In this document: in pieces, positions 13,126-20,292 of the stretch
How the letters are laid out: every line of letters begins with the position of its first letter
How positions within the stretch are numbered: position 1 is the stretch's first letter
From: Moorella sp. Hama-1
GTDB taxonomy: Bacteria > Bacillota > DSM-521 > Neomoorellales > Neomoorellaceae
Reading direction: 5' to 3'
Length of the DNA stretch: 24,000 nt
Assembly (NCBI RefSeq): GCF_023734095.1
Contig: NZ_AP024620.1
Coordinates: 3,259,570-3,283,569 of the forward strand
Position numbers and translations under genes: made by a program
The notes under the pieces: generated by a model
Told to the model about the DNA's origin: nothing
Databases searched by the model: none
Seen by the model: the letters and a program-made list of their open reading frames with translations, nothing else

Positions 13126-13653
13126 CTAACCTATTTTTTCAATCTGATTAAAATCCAGCTCAATGGGTGTTTCCCGGCCGAACATGGATACCAGTACCCG
13201 CAGCTTGCCTTTATCAGGCAGAATCTCTTCGATGGAACCAATAAAATTTTCAAAGGGCCCACTGGTCACCCTGATATTTTCGCCCACGGCGACATCAATA
13301 CGCGGCCGCGGTTCCTCGACACCCATCTGCTGTAAAATCTGTTCGACTTCGTTTTCCTGCAGGGGAATGGGTTTGTTTCCCGTACCCACAAAACCGGTGA
13401 CCCCGGGGGTGTTACGTACCACATACCAGGAAGCGTCGGTTAAAACCATTTCCACCATGACATAGCCCGGGTAAACCTTGCGTTTGACTATTTTACGCTT
13501 GCCGTCCTTGATCTGGACTTCATCTTCCATGGGAACGACGATCCGGAAGATCTTATCGCCCATATTCATGGACTCAACGCGTTTTTCCAGGTTGGCCTTG
13601 ACCTTGTTTTCATAGCCGGAATAAGTGTGGATGACGAACCATGCCTTGTCCAT
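13126..13653 (-). CDS. nusG: Transcription termination/antitermination factor NusG
   Basis: 175-aa [31 protein letters not shown]... with a C-terminal KOW region ([21 protein letters not shown]). It sits in the conserved secE-nusG-rplK position. Confidence 0.97.
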   Translation of the reverse strand: MDKAWFVIHTYSGYENKVKANLEKRVESMNMGDKIFRIVVPMEDEVQIKDGKRKIVKRKVYPGYVMVEMVLTDASWYVVRNTPGVTGFVGTGNKPIPLQENEVEQILQQMGVEEPRPRIDVAVGENIRVTSGPFENFIGSIEEILPDKGKLRVLVSMFGRETPIELDFNQIEKIG

Positions 13654-13669
13654 TTTTAACCTCGCAGCC

Positions 13670-13903
13670 TTAGCGCAGGATCAATTTACTCAGCAGAAAG
13701 CTGAAGGCTGAGTCAAAAATAGATAATAACACGGCCACAATAAGTACTGCTACCAATACCACCACGGTATAGGTTCCCAGCTCCCGGCGGCTCGGCCAGT
13801 GGACTTTCTTGAGTTCGGCCCAGGAACCCTTGAGGAACCTGGTAACCCGCTCAGAAAAGGCTACTTTGTTGGCGGTCGGTTTAGCCACACTCTTGGTTAC
13901 CAT
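13670..13903 (-). CDS. secE: Preprotein translocase subunit SecE
   Basis: 77-aa ORF with ...FLKGSWAELKKVHWPSRRELGTYTVVVLVAVLIVAVLL..., a single C-terminal TM segment. It lies between rpmG and nusG. ATG at 13903-13901 behind TAGGAGC. Confidence 0.9.
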   Translation of the reverse strand: MVTKSVAKPTANKVAFSERVTRFLKGSWAELKKVHWPSRRELGTYTVVVLVAVLIVAVLLSIFDSAFSFLLSKLILR

Positions 13904-13920
13904 TAATGCAAGCTCCTATC

Positions 13921-14070
13921 TTATTTCGTTTCCTTGTGGACAGTATGCCTGCCGCAGAAACTGCAATACTTCTTCAGCTCGATGCGATCGGGGTCATTTT
14001 TTTTATTTTTGCTGCTCATATAATTACGCCGTTTGCACTCGGTACAGGCAAGGGTAATTCCCACCCGCAT
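13921..14070 (-). CDS. rpmG: 50S ribosomal protein L33
   Basis: Not in the ORF track because it is under 60 aa. Hand translation gives [49 protein letters not shown] (49 aa, with two CxxC zinc-ribbon pairs). ATG at 14070-14068 behind GGAGGAGGTGG; stop TAA at 13923-13921. Confidence 0.9.
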   Translation of the reverse strand: MRVGITLACTECKRRNYMSSKNKKNDPDRIELKKYCSFCGRHTVHKETK

Positions 14071-14103
14071 GGCCGGCCACCTCCTCCAACAGACACTCAA
14101 GTT

Positions 14104-14132
14104 AATTTAGCATAAATATAAAGCCCTGTCAA
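14104..14132 (-). promoter_or_regulatory. Candidate sigma-A promoter for rpmG-secE-nusG...
   Basis: The minus strand reads TTGACA (14132-14127), then a 17-nt spacer, then TAAATT (14109-14104). This is about 35 nt upstream of the rpmG ATG. Confidence 0.55.
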
Positions 14133-14250
14133 TGTCTGTTTGTTGACGCATTCGGGCCAGATAGGGCCTGAAGTTATATTCTACGCCTGCGGGGCTCTTT
14201 CCTGCTTGTCCGTCTATATTATTGCCGGCTGCCTGGAAATTAACTCCTGC

Positions 14251-14316
14251 GAAATGAGATATGAGATGTGGGAGGTGAGAAGTGGGATTCCTGTAGAAAC
14301 TGGCTGCGCCAGTTTT
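14251..14316. repeat. Heptamer-array/hairpin repeat, half copy (family shared with 16790-16898)
   Basis: Six tandem degenerate heptamers GAAATGA GATATGA GATGTGG GAGGTGA GAAGTGG GATTCCT (14251-14292), followed by the hairpin AAACTGGC-TGC-GCCAGTTT (14297-14315). There is no matching inverted right arm. Confidence 0.7.
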
Positions 14317-14419
14317 AGATTAAAGCTTGCCTGCCTCTCATTTTTTCCCTTCGTTGGTGGTCCGCCGGTTCGTGGATCGGCCCCAGCACCCATGAATGAC
14401 TTCTAATGCTCCAAGGGGG

Positions 14420-14447
14420 TTGCTTATGACCGGCAATGAGTTATATT
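14420..14447 (+). promoter_or_regulatory. Weak candidate promoter for the plus-strand membrane-protein gene
   Basis: TTGCTT (14420-14425), then a 16-nt spacer, then TATATT (14442-14447), about 50 nt upstream of the ATG at 14496. Based on the motif match only. Confidence 0.3.
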
Positions 14448-14495
14448 AGATTAGTACGGCCGGTTTAATATTTCCATGGGAAAGGAGGCAGGGTC

Positions 14496-14849
14496 ATGCC
14501 TGTCCTGTTTTTCATTCTTCTGTCGGTATTCCTGGGTGCCGCGGCCCAGGTCCTGTTCAAGGTCGGCGTCCAGCATTTGGACGGGGTAGTTTTTGACCTG
14601 CAGGGATTTATTCGCCTGGGTCTCAGTCCCTTTATCCTGACCGGGTTGGTGTCCTTCGCCGCCAGCTTTATCCTGTGGCTGAAAGTCCTGGCCGAGGTTC
14701 CCCTGAGCTACGCCTACCCCATGGTCAGCCTGGGCTATGTCCTGGTCTTCCTGGTTTCCTGGTTATTCCTGGGGGAAAGCCTGCCGCCCCTGCGCATCCT
14801 GGGTCTGGTTCTAATCATTGCCGGTATCCTGGCTATCGCCCGCAGTTAA
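14496..14849 (+). CDS. Small four-TM membrane protein, EamA/DMT-like (SMR/ArnE-size)
   Basis: 117-aa ORF, the only convincing plus-strand gene. It has a strong RBS (GGAAAGGAGGCAGGGTC-ATG) and four hydrophobic segments (FFILLSVFLGAAAQVLF, FILTGLVSFAASFILWL, PMVSLGYVLVFLVSWLF, ILGLVLIIAGILAI). The family assignment is made by resemblance only. Confidence 0.7.
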   Translation: MPVLFFILLSVFLGAAAQVLFKVGVQHLDGVVFDLQGFIRLGLSPFILTGLVSFAASFILWLKVLAEVPLSYAYPMVSLGYVLVFLVSWLFLGESLPPLRILGLVLIIAGILAIARS

Positions 14850-14872
14850 AAGGGGGCGCCGGTGGCGCCCCC
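14846..14872 (-). terminator. GC-rich hairpin between convergent genes; terminator for the minus-strand small ORFs, possibly bidirectional
   Basis: Perfect 9-bp stem GGGGGCGCC-GGT-GGCGCCCCC (14852-14872). On the minus strand it is followed by TTTTAA. On the plus strand no U tract follows it. Confidence 0.55.
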
Positions 14873-14893
14873 TGGCAATAGCCTCTTCTAAAG

Positions 14894-14971
14894 CTAATTG
14901 CCGAAGAAGAGCAGGATCAGTACCAGAAAGAGGATAAAAGCCCAGTTACCAAAAACAAAACCGTCCGCCAT
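14894..14971 (-). CDS. Candidate 25-aa hydrophobic micropeptide
   Basis: Hand translation gives MADGFVFGNWAFILFLVLILLFFGN, stop TAG. ATG at 14971-14969, six nt after GGAAAGGGGGG. It is below the ORF-track size cutoff, and no homology could be checked. Confidence 0.35.
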   Translation of the reverse strand: MADGFVFGNWAFILFLVLILLFFGN

Positions 14972-15057
14972 AGTTGGCCCCCCTTTCCAATCTCCCCAGG
15001 TTTTAGTTTAATCTATGCCGCAGGCTGGGAGTTGGTTACTGTACGGCCGGCGCCGGG

Positions 15058-15168
15058 TTATATAAAGATAATCAGGCCGATAAGCAACAGGAGAAAAAGA
15101 AAGAGCAGGCCGCCGTCGGCAATAATATCCCGCACTTCTACTTCCGGTAGGCTCTGAACTTCGACCAT
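15058..15168 (-). CDS. Candidate 36-aa peptide with a hydrophobic C-terminal segment
   Basis: Hand translation gives MVEVQSLPEVEVRDIIADGGLLFLFLLLLIGLIIFI, stop TAA. ATG at 15168-15166, six nt after GGAGGGG. Confidence 0.35.
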   Translation of the reverse strand: MVEVQSLPEVEVRDIIADGGLLFLFLLLLIGLIIFI

Positions 15169-15300
15169 GGATATCCCCTCCGAAAATGATTCTTGCGCCC
15201 TTATGGTATTTTATGTCGCTCCTCCGAAACAGGTTACCCTTGCAAATCTATGTCGCCCTGGCTACATTTACGCGGTCAGCGGCCAGGCCGGCCCGAACGA

Positions 15301-15326
15301 CAAAAAATCCCCCGTAAGCACGGGGG
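15301..15326 (-). terminator. Rho-independent terminator after ychF
   Basis: The minus strand reads CCCCCG-TGCTTA-CGGGGG followed by ATTTTTTG. It begins about 18 nt after the ychF stop codon. Confidence 0.75.
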
Positions 15327-15344
15327 CTGGTGGTTAAAGGTCAA

Positions 15345-16418
15345 CTAAACATTAAAGCGGAAGTTGATAATATCACCATCCTGAACTATATAATCTTTAC
15401 CCTCCAGACGGGCCAGGCCCTCTTCCTTAACTTTATTCATATTGCCGCACCGCTCCAGGTCGGCAAAGTTGACTACCTCGGCCCGGATGAAACCCCGTTC
15501 AATATCGCTATGGATCTTACCGGCCGCCGCCCGGGCGTTGGTGCCGGCCTGGATGGTCCAGGCCCGGACCTCATCTTCGCCGGCAGTCAAGAAGGAGATC
15601 AAACCCAGGCGGTGATAGATCGCCCGGGCCAGGCGGTCAATGCCCGGTTCGGCGATGCCCATCTCCCGCAGGAAGTCTTCCCTGTCGCCCGGCTCCAGGC
15701 GGGCAATCTCGGCTTCCAACTCCGCGCAAAGGGTCAATACCGGTAAACCTTTTGGTTCAGCATAGGCCTTGACCTCTTCTTCCCCAGCATAATGCCCGGA
15801 GCGGAGCTGGTCTTCATCGATATTGACCACTATAATCATGGGCTTAGATGTCAAAAAGCCCATATGCCGCAGGTCCTGCCATTCGTCCGCCGTCAAGCCG
15901 GCTTCCAACAGGGGCTTTTCGGCTTCCAGGGCCTCCCGGCATTTCTCCAGGGCCTCCCGTTCGGTCTGCATTTCCGGCTTTATTTTCTTACTGGTGGCAA
16001 TCCGCTCCAGCCGGGTTTCCACCAGCTGCAGATCCGCCAGAAGCAGTTCCGCATTAATTGTCTCCAGGTCCCGTACCGGATTGAGATCGCCTTCCACATG
16101 GATTACTGCTTCATTACGGAAGGTACGGACGACATGGATCAGGGCATCTACTTCCCGGACAGCACTCAAGAAAGCCGCTCCGGAGCCCCGCGTCAAGCCC
16201 GGGACATCGATAATCTCCAGGGTGGCGGGGGTGACCTTGCGAGGATGATAAAGGGATACCAGGAAATCCAGGCGGGCATCGGGTATGGGAGCCGTGCGGA
16301 TGTTGGTCTTGGTACGGCCGGCAAAGGCCGAGGTTTCCGCCTCAGCCTGGGTTAGAAGGTTAAACAGGGTTGTTTTGCCTACCAGGGGTAAACCGATAAT
16401 ACCGCAGGTCAGGGGCAA
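15345..16418 (-). CDS. ychF: Ribosome-binding ATPase YchF (Obg-like)
   Basis: 357-aa ORF with the P-loop GIIGLPLVGKTTLFN, DVPGL, and a C-terminal TGS-like end (GKDYIVQDGDIINFRFNV). TTG start (plus-strand caa at 16416-16418) behind GAGGTG. Confidence 0.93.
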   Translation of the reverse strand: MPLTCGIIGLPLVGKTTLFNLLTQAEAETSAFAGRTKTNIRTAPIPDARLDFLVSLYHPRKVTPATLEIIDVPGLTRGSGAAFLSAVREVDALIHVVRTFRNEAVIHVEGDLNPVRDLETINAELLLADLQLVETRLERIATSKKIKPEMQTEREALEKCREALEAEKPLLEAGLTADEWQDLRHMGFLTSKPMIIVVNIDEDQLRSGHYAGEEEVKAYAEPKGLPVLTLCAELEAEIARLEPGDREDFLREMGIAEPGIDRLARAIYHRLGLISFLTAGEDEVRAWTIQAGTNARAAAGKIHSDIERGFIRAEVVNFADLERCGNMNKVKEEGLARLEGKDYIVQDGDIINFRFNV

Positions 16419-16585
16419 TGCACTTCACCTCAGCCTAAGTATAGCAGTTTCGCCAGCAAAAGGGAAGGCCAATCCGACCTTCTCGGAGTGGGCAGGGGGG
16501 ACAGCGGGCCACCGGGCTGTAATTACGCGACGATAACTGCTATGACCGTTCCTTTCGACCGAACCTGGTTTTACGGTATCGGAGC

Positions 16586-16616
16586 ATAAAAAAGAACCGG
16601 CTTTATTATCCGGTTC
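16586..16616 (-). terminator. Rho-independent terminator of the tRNA operon
   Basis: The minus strand reads GAACCGG-ATAATAAAG-CCGGTTC followed by TTTTTTAT. It begins 15 nt after the tRNA-Thr CCA end. Confidence 0.75.
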
Positions 16617-16631
16617 CAGTTATAATCCAGG

Positions 16632-16707
16632 TGGAGCCCATAACCGGGATTGAACCGGTGACCTCCGCCTTACCAAGGCGACGCTCTACCTACTGAGCTA
16701 TATGGGC
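16632..16707 (-). tRNA. tRNA-Thr (anticodon GGU), CCA encoded
   Basis: Minus strand GCCCATATAGCTCAGTAGGTAGAGCGTCGCCTTGGTAAGGCGGAGGTCACCGGTTCAATCCCGGTTATGGGCTCCA. It folds as a cloverleaf with anticodon loop TTGGTAA. Confidence 0.92.
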
Positions 16708-16708
16708 A

Positions 16709-16784
<76 letters not shown>

Positions 16785-16789
16785 ATATG

Positions 16790-16898
16790 GATATGGGATG
16801 TGAGATGTTAGAGGTGAGATACTTGTTGGAATTGGCTGCGCCAATTCCTATCTTTATAATCCCACTTCTCATATCTCACTTCTCACTTCTCACTTCTC
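16790..16898. repeat. Heptamer-array/hairpin palindromic element filling the tRNA-Tyr/tRNA-fMet spacer
   Basis: The left arm is five heptamers GATATGG GATGTGA GATGTTA GAGGTGA GATACTT (16790-16824). The central perfect hairpin is GGAATTGGC-TGC-GCCAATTCC (16828-16848). The right arm is five inverted heptamers CACTTCT CATATCT CACTTCT CACTTCT CACTTCT (16863-16897). 16795-16821 is complementary to 16872-16898 at 22 of 27 positions, counted by hand. Confidence 0.8.
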
Positions 16899-16901
16899 AA
16901 A

Positions 16902-16987
16902 TGGTGGAGGGGGCTGGATTTGAACCAGCGAAGGCTGCGCCAGCAGATTTACAGTCTGCCCCCTTTGGCCAACTCGGGAACCCCTCC
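16902..16987 (-). tRNA. tRNA-Tyr (anticodon GUA), long variable arm, CCA encoded
   Basis: Minus strand GGAGGGGTTCCCGAGTTGGCCAAAGGGGGCAGACTGTAAATCTGCTGGCGCAGCCTTCGCTGGTTCAAATCCAGCCCCCTCCACCA. The anticodon loop is CTGTAAA and it has a class II variable arm. Confidence 0.92.
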
Positions 16988-17029
16988 ATATTACCTTTAC
17001 AACCTGGCTTCTTCCGAAGCGCGAAGATT

Positions 17030-17058
17030 ATTGTACCACCCTTTGTGGCCGACGTCAA
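17030..17058 (-). promoter_or_regulatory. Candidate sigma-A promoter of the tRNA operon
   Basis: The minus strand reads TTGACG (17058-17053), then a 17-nt spacer, then TGgTACAAT (extended -10; hexamer 17035-17030). This is about 40 nt upstream of tRNA-Tyr. Confidence 0.6.
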
Positions 17059-17076
17059 GGTCTATTTTGCTGTAAT

Positions 17077-17730
17077 TTACTGGGTGTCGCCGTCCCGCCG
17101 CTCCAGATAGCGCTCCAGTTTGCGCTTAACCCGCTGGAGGGCGTTATCAATGGATTTAACATGGCGTTTCAGGTCCACGGCAATCTCCTGGTAGGATTTG
17201 CCTTCCAGGTAAGACATCAGGACCTTCCATTCCAGGGAGCTCAGGATCTCCCCCATCTTCTCCTCGATATCCCCGAATTCCTCCCGGCTGATAATCAATT
17301 CTTCCGGGTCGGTAATTCTGGTGCCGGAGATAATGTCCAGCAGGGTCCGGTCGGAATCCTCGTCATAAATGGGTTTATTCAAGGAAACATATGAGTTCAG
17401 GGGGATATGTTTCTGCCGGGTGGCCGTCTTGATGGCTGTGATAATCTGGCGAGTAATACATAACTCCGCAAAGGCCCGGAAGGAAGAGAGTTTATCACCG
17501 CGGAAGTCGCGAATGGCCTTGTACAGGCCAATCATGCCTTCCTGGACGATATCCTCCCGGTCGGCACCGATGAGAAAATAGGACCGGGCTTTAGCCCTGA
17601 CAAAGTTACGATACTTATTAATCAGGTACTCCTGGGCTATTTCATCGCCCTCCTGGGCCTGGTAAACAATATCCTCATCGCCCATTAACTCATATGGTTG
17701 GAAGGATTCCTGCTGCACATTAACGCTCAT
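17077..17730 (-). CDS. sigH: RNA polymerase sigma-H factor (early sporulation/stationary phase)
   Basis: YLINKYRNFVRAKARSYFLIGADREDIVQEGMIGLYKAIRDF...FAELCITRQIITAIKTATRQKHIPLNSY...HVKSIDNALQRVKRKLE closely matches the B. subtilis SigH sequence as I recall it. The start is placed at ATG 17730 (MSVNVQQ...) because GGTGGAGG lies 7 nt upstream. The track ORF starts 9 codons earlier, at 17757. Confidence 0.92.
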   Translation of the reverse strand: MSVNVQQESFQPYELMGDEDIVYQAQEGDEIAQEYLINKYRNFVRAKARSYFLIGADREDIVQEGMIGLYKAIRDFRGDKLSSFRAFAELCITRQIITAIKTATRQKHIPLNSYVSLNKPIYDEDSDRTLLDIISGTRITDPEELIISREEFGDIEEKMGEILSSLEWKVLMSYLEGKSYQEIAVDLKRHVKSIDNALQRVKRKLERYLERRDGDTQ

Positions 17731-17802
17731 GTCAACGCCTCCACCATGGATTTCCAAAACATCAACTGCAGGAGGCCGGTATCTTGTCCAATGACAGTTC
17801 TA

Positions 17803-17831
17803 ATTATACAAGAAACCACCGTCAACCGCAA
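17803..17831 (-). promoter_or_regulatory. Candidate sigma-A promoter for sigH
   Basis: The minus strand reads TTGCGG (17831-17826), then a 17-nt spacer, then TATAAT (17808-17803), in the yacP-sigH spacer. Confidence 0.4.
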
Positions 17832-17851
17832 GAGTTAACCATCCGTCCCTG

Positions 17852-18364
17852 TTAGCGCCGGCGCCACCTTTCCAGGATCTGACGTGCTGCCTGGTGAATC
17901 CGCGTATCCAGTCGTCCTGTTGGGGCATCATCCTGACCAACCCGATTCATTTCCTGCCGGGCCTGTTCCACATAAACCCTTAATTCGCGGACCGGTATAC
18001 GCAGGGCCCCTTTTCCCAGGATTATCCGTTGTTCGGCCTGATCGGAAGTGGCGACGTAGACCTGCCCCTTAATATTTATATTACCTACCAACTTTTCAAT
18101 GACCGCATCGGCTGTTTCTCCCTCGCGGCTGTAAATTACCTCCACTTCCCCTACCCGTTCCCTCTTTTCTGTGGCCCCGGGGACTTTATGGGCGTCAAAG
18201 ACGATGATGACGCGCCCGCCCCAGTAGGCCTGATAATTGCTTAGCTCTCTTATTAGTTTATCGCGGGCGTGGTCAAAACTTGCCTCCTTTAAGCGGGCTA
18301 ATTCCGGCCAGTTATAGAGCAAATTGTAGCCGTCCACGATCAGCACGTCAGGCACAGGTTCCAC
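17852..18364 (-). CDS. yacP: NYN/PIN-like ribonuclease YacP (Rae1 family)
   Basis: 170-aa ORF starting VLIVDGYNLLYNWPEL, with ...VIIVFDAH...ETADAVIEKLV...VYVATSD.... It sits in the conserved rlmB-yacP-sigH position. GTG start (plus-strand cac at 18362-18364). Confidence 0.88.
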   Translation of the reverse strand: MEPVPDVLIVDGYNLLYNWPELARLKEASFDHARDKLIRELSNYQAYWGGRVIIVFDAHKVPGATEKRERVGEVEVIYSREGETADAVIEKLVGNINIKGQVYVATSDQAEQRIILGKGALRIPVRELRVYVEQARQEMNRVGQDDAPTGRLDTRIHQAARQILERWRRR

Positions 18365-18370
18365 CCCGCT

Positions 18371-19111
18371 CTAAGGCCGGACCCGGCCGCGCTGGCGCAA
18401 CACTTCGTACATCAGGACGGTAGCTGCCGAGGCTACGTTAAGGGAGTTAATCCGGCCGCGCATGGGCAGGCGCACCGTTAAATCGCAGCGGGAACGTACC
18501 AGATGGGAGAGGCCCCGGCCTTCACTGCCTAAAACCAGGACCAGGGGCAGGGTAAAATCAGCGGCAAAGGCCTCTTGCGGGGCGTCGCCGGCAGCGCCGA
18601 CGGCCCAGATACCCTGGCCTTTAAGATCTGCCAAGGTCAGGCCCAGGTTGGTCACCCGGGCCACCGGGACGTATTCCTGGGCTCCTGCCGCCGTCCGGGC
18701 TACGGCAGCCGTTAACCCTACCCCCCGCCGCCGGGGGATAATGACCCCATGGACGCCGGCGGCCTCGGCCGAACGGAGAATAGCCCCCAGGTTGTGGGGG
18801 TCCTCCACCCCGTCGAGCATAACTAAAAAAGGGGGCTCCCCCTCTTCCCGGGCCCGGGCCAGGAGATCCTCCAGTTCAGCGTAGACTGCAGCCGCAGTCA
18901 GGGCTACGACCCCCTGATGATGGGGGCCGGCCATTTTATCCAGGACGTCCCTGTTTACCCGCTGCAGGGGTATCCCCTGCTCTCGGGCCAGGTTGATAAT
19001 GTCGGCTATGATCCGGCCCTCCAGGTGGGGGGCCAGGAGAAGCTTATTCAAAGGACGGCCGGCCCGGAGGGCTTCCCGGACCTGGTTCCGGCCGGCCAGG
19101 ACTTCAGTCAT
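18371..19111 (-). CDS. rlmB: 23S rRNA (guanosine-2'-O)-methyltransferase, SpoU/TrmH family
   Basis: 246-aa ORF with an N-terminal SpoU-substrate-binding-like region and the motifs LDGVEDPHNLGAILRSAEAAGV, LVLGSEGRGL and INSLNVASA. ATG at 19111-19109 behind GGGAGGAAAACCA. Confidence 0.9.
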   Translation of the reverse strand: MTEVLAGRNQVREALRAGRPLNKLLLAPHLEGRIIADIINLAREQGIPLQRVNRDVLDKMAGPHHQGVVALTAAAVYAELEDLLARAREEGEPPFLVMLDGVEDPHNLGAILRSAEAAGVHGVIIPRRRGVGLTAAVARTAAGAQEYVPVARVTNLGLTLADLKGQGIWAVGAAGDAPQEAFAADFTLPLVLVLGSEGRGLSHLVRSRCDLTVRLPMRGRINSLNVASAATVLMYEVLRQRGRVRP

Positions 19112-19157
19112 TGGTTTTCCTCCCTGCCCCGGGCCGCGGCTACCCGCGGGGTTCCGA

Positions 19158-19850
19158 TCAACAGTCTACCTCCTGGCAGCGAAAGAGATCATCGGTGATG
19201 ATCACCCGGGCGTAGTGTTCCCTGGGAAAGGTTTGATCAAAATTGATATCGTTGAACAGTACTGGTAACTTTTCCTTGAAGAGCAGGAGAAGGGGTATGG
19301 CTATCTGCCGCATCTGGGGATGGGCGGTGCTGGCACAACGCAGGCGGAAAAAGTGGCGCCATTCCCGTAAATTATAGGTAACTACCAGCTCGGTTTTGAG
19401 GGAGGTAGGCAGGACGGAACGCGCCTCCTGGGGGGAGTTGGTCTGCAATAAGGCCAGGTAGCCTTTCTCGGCGGCCAGGCAGGCCTCCCGCCAGGCCTCA
19501 TAGGCCCTGCCGGTAAAGAAAAAGGGTTCAATGACCGTTATCTGGCTGCCGAAGCTGTCTTTGCTGTAGTTACAGTACCTGGTTGATTCCTGGCTGTAGG
19601 AGCCGATACGGTGCCGGACAATCTCGTGGGATATACCCCGGTCGGCAATAATCAAGGCCGTGATCTTCTCATGCTCAATAACCGATTCGTGCCCCCGGGC
19701 CAGGATCGACTTTAAAAAGGAAGCCGCCGAACCGCCCTTTATTTTATTCTCGGATTTGTAGCAAACCCGGGCGTAACGTTCCAACCTGGCCAGCAAGCCG
19801 GCGTCCAGGGCCCTTTCCGGTACCAGGACCCTGGGTTGCTCAATTAGCAT
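19158..19850 (-). CDS. thyX: Flavin-dependent thymidylate synthase ThyX
   Basis: 230 aa from ATG 19850-19848 ([10 protein letters not shown]...). It carries the ThyX signature in [18 protein letters not shown]. The 286-aa track ORF is an upstream extension through mrnC in another frame. The start overlaps the mrnC 3' end by 11 nt. Confidence 0.92.
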   Translation of the reverse strand: MLIEQPRVLVPERALDAGLLARLERYARVCYKSENKIKGGSAASFLKSILARGHESVIEHEKITALIIADRGISHEIVRHRIGSYSQESTRYCNYSKDSFGSQITVIEPFFFTGRAYEAWREACLAAEKGYLALLQTNSPQEARSVLPTSLKTELVVTYNLREWRHFFRLRCASTAHPQMRQIAIPLLLLFKEKLPVLFNDINFDQTFPREHYARVIITDDLFRCQEVDC

Positions 19851-20244
19851 GATTCGTCTTCTCCTCCTTCCCTGCCAGGGTAAAAAGCAGGCTGGCAATC
19901 TCCGCCAGCCGGGTCTCATTGCCCTGGAGGTAGAGATAACCCAGGAGGCTTTCCAGAGCGGTACTGGAGTGATACTCCGCCGGTGCTGCGGTGCGGGGCA
20001 GGTGCCCCGGCCGGGCATTACGACCCCGGCGCAGGACGTCCCTTTCGGCGGGCGTTAAATACTCCTCCAGGGCTGGGACCAGCCGGGCCTGGGCCGTGGC
20101 CCGCACGTATTTCATAGCCTCCCGGTGCAGTTGCTCCGGCCGGGCCGGTCCCCGGCGGACCAGATAAGTCCGGACCAGTAACTCGTAAACAGCGTCCCCT
20201 ACATAGGCCAGGACCAGGGGTGAGAGATCAGCAGCAGGATCCAC
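19840..20244 (-). CDS. mrnC: Mini-ribonuclease III
   Basis: 134-aa ORF with [17 protein letters not shown] (RNase III catalytic signature), ...RRGRNA... and ...[13 protein letters not shown]. It sits in the conserved position after cysS. GTG start (plus-strand cac at 20242-20244). Confidence 0.88.
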   Translation of the reverse strand: MDPAADLSPLVLAYVGDAVYELLVRTYLVRRGPARPEQLHREAMKYVRATAQARLVPALEEYLTPAERDVLRRGRNARPGHLPRTAAPAEYHSSTALESLLGYLYLQGNETRLAEIASLLFTLAGKEEKTNHAN

Positions 20245-20292
20245 ACTTAACCCCCTTAACTTCTTTTCCTACCTAACCGTTCCAGGCTTACC

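Noticed and set aside
14355-14393. A tRNA-like 3' fragment: GCCGGTTCGTGGATCGGC followed by CCCAGCA-C-CCA.
   Set aside because: The T-loop is non-canonical, with a 10-nt loop and no GTTCRANYC. No complementary 5' acceptor strand (TGCTGGG), D arm or anticodon arm lies upstream, so no cloverleaf can be built.
14140-14406. An 88-aa plus-strand ORF in the gap between rpmG and the plus-strand membrane-protein gene.
   Set aside because: It starts at TTG without an RBS and reads straight through the heptamer repeat (EMRYEMWEVRS). It has no recognisable motifs and is probably a chance ORF in a non-coding region.
16790-16898. The tandem short repeats could be taken for a CRISPR-like or minisatellite array.
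   Set aside because: The units are 7 nt, contiguous and degenerate, with no spacers. They are arranged as inverted arms around a hairpin and no cas genes are present. This is incompatible with a CRISPR array.
16933-16943. An 11-nt identity (GGCTGCGCCAG) between the tRNA-Tyr variable arm and the hairpin of the heptamer element at 14302-14312, hinting at a tRNA-derived origin of the repeat.
   Set aside because: The match is too short and GC-rich to exclude chance. The flanking sequence shows no further similarity, and the other element copy has GGCTGCGCCAA. I record it only as a coincidence worth remembering if more copies are collected.
19112-19157. A GC-rich stem-loop (CCGCGG-GTAG-CCGCGG) between thyX and rlmB, considered as a possible terminator.
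   Set aside because: No U tract follows it on the transcribed strand, and rlmB starts about 20 nt later behind its own RBS. It is more likely an intra-operon structure or a stability element, and it is not reportable as a terminator.
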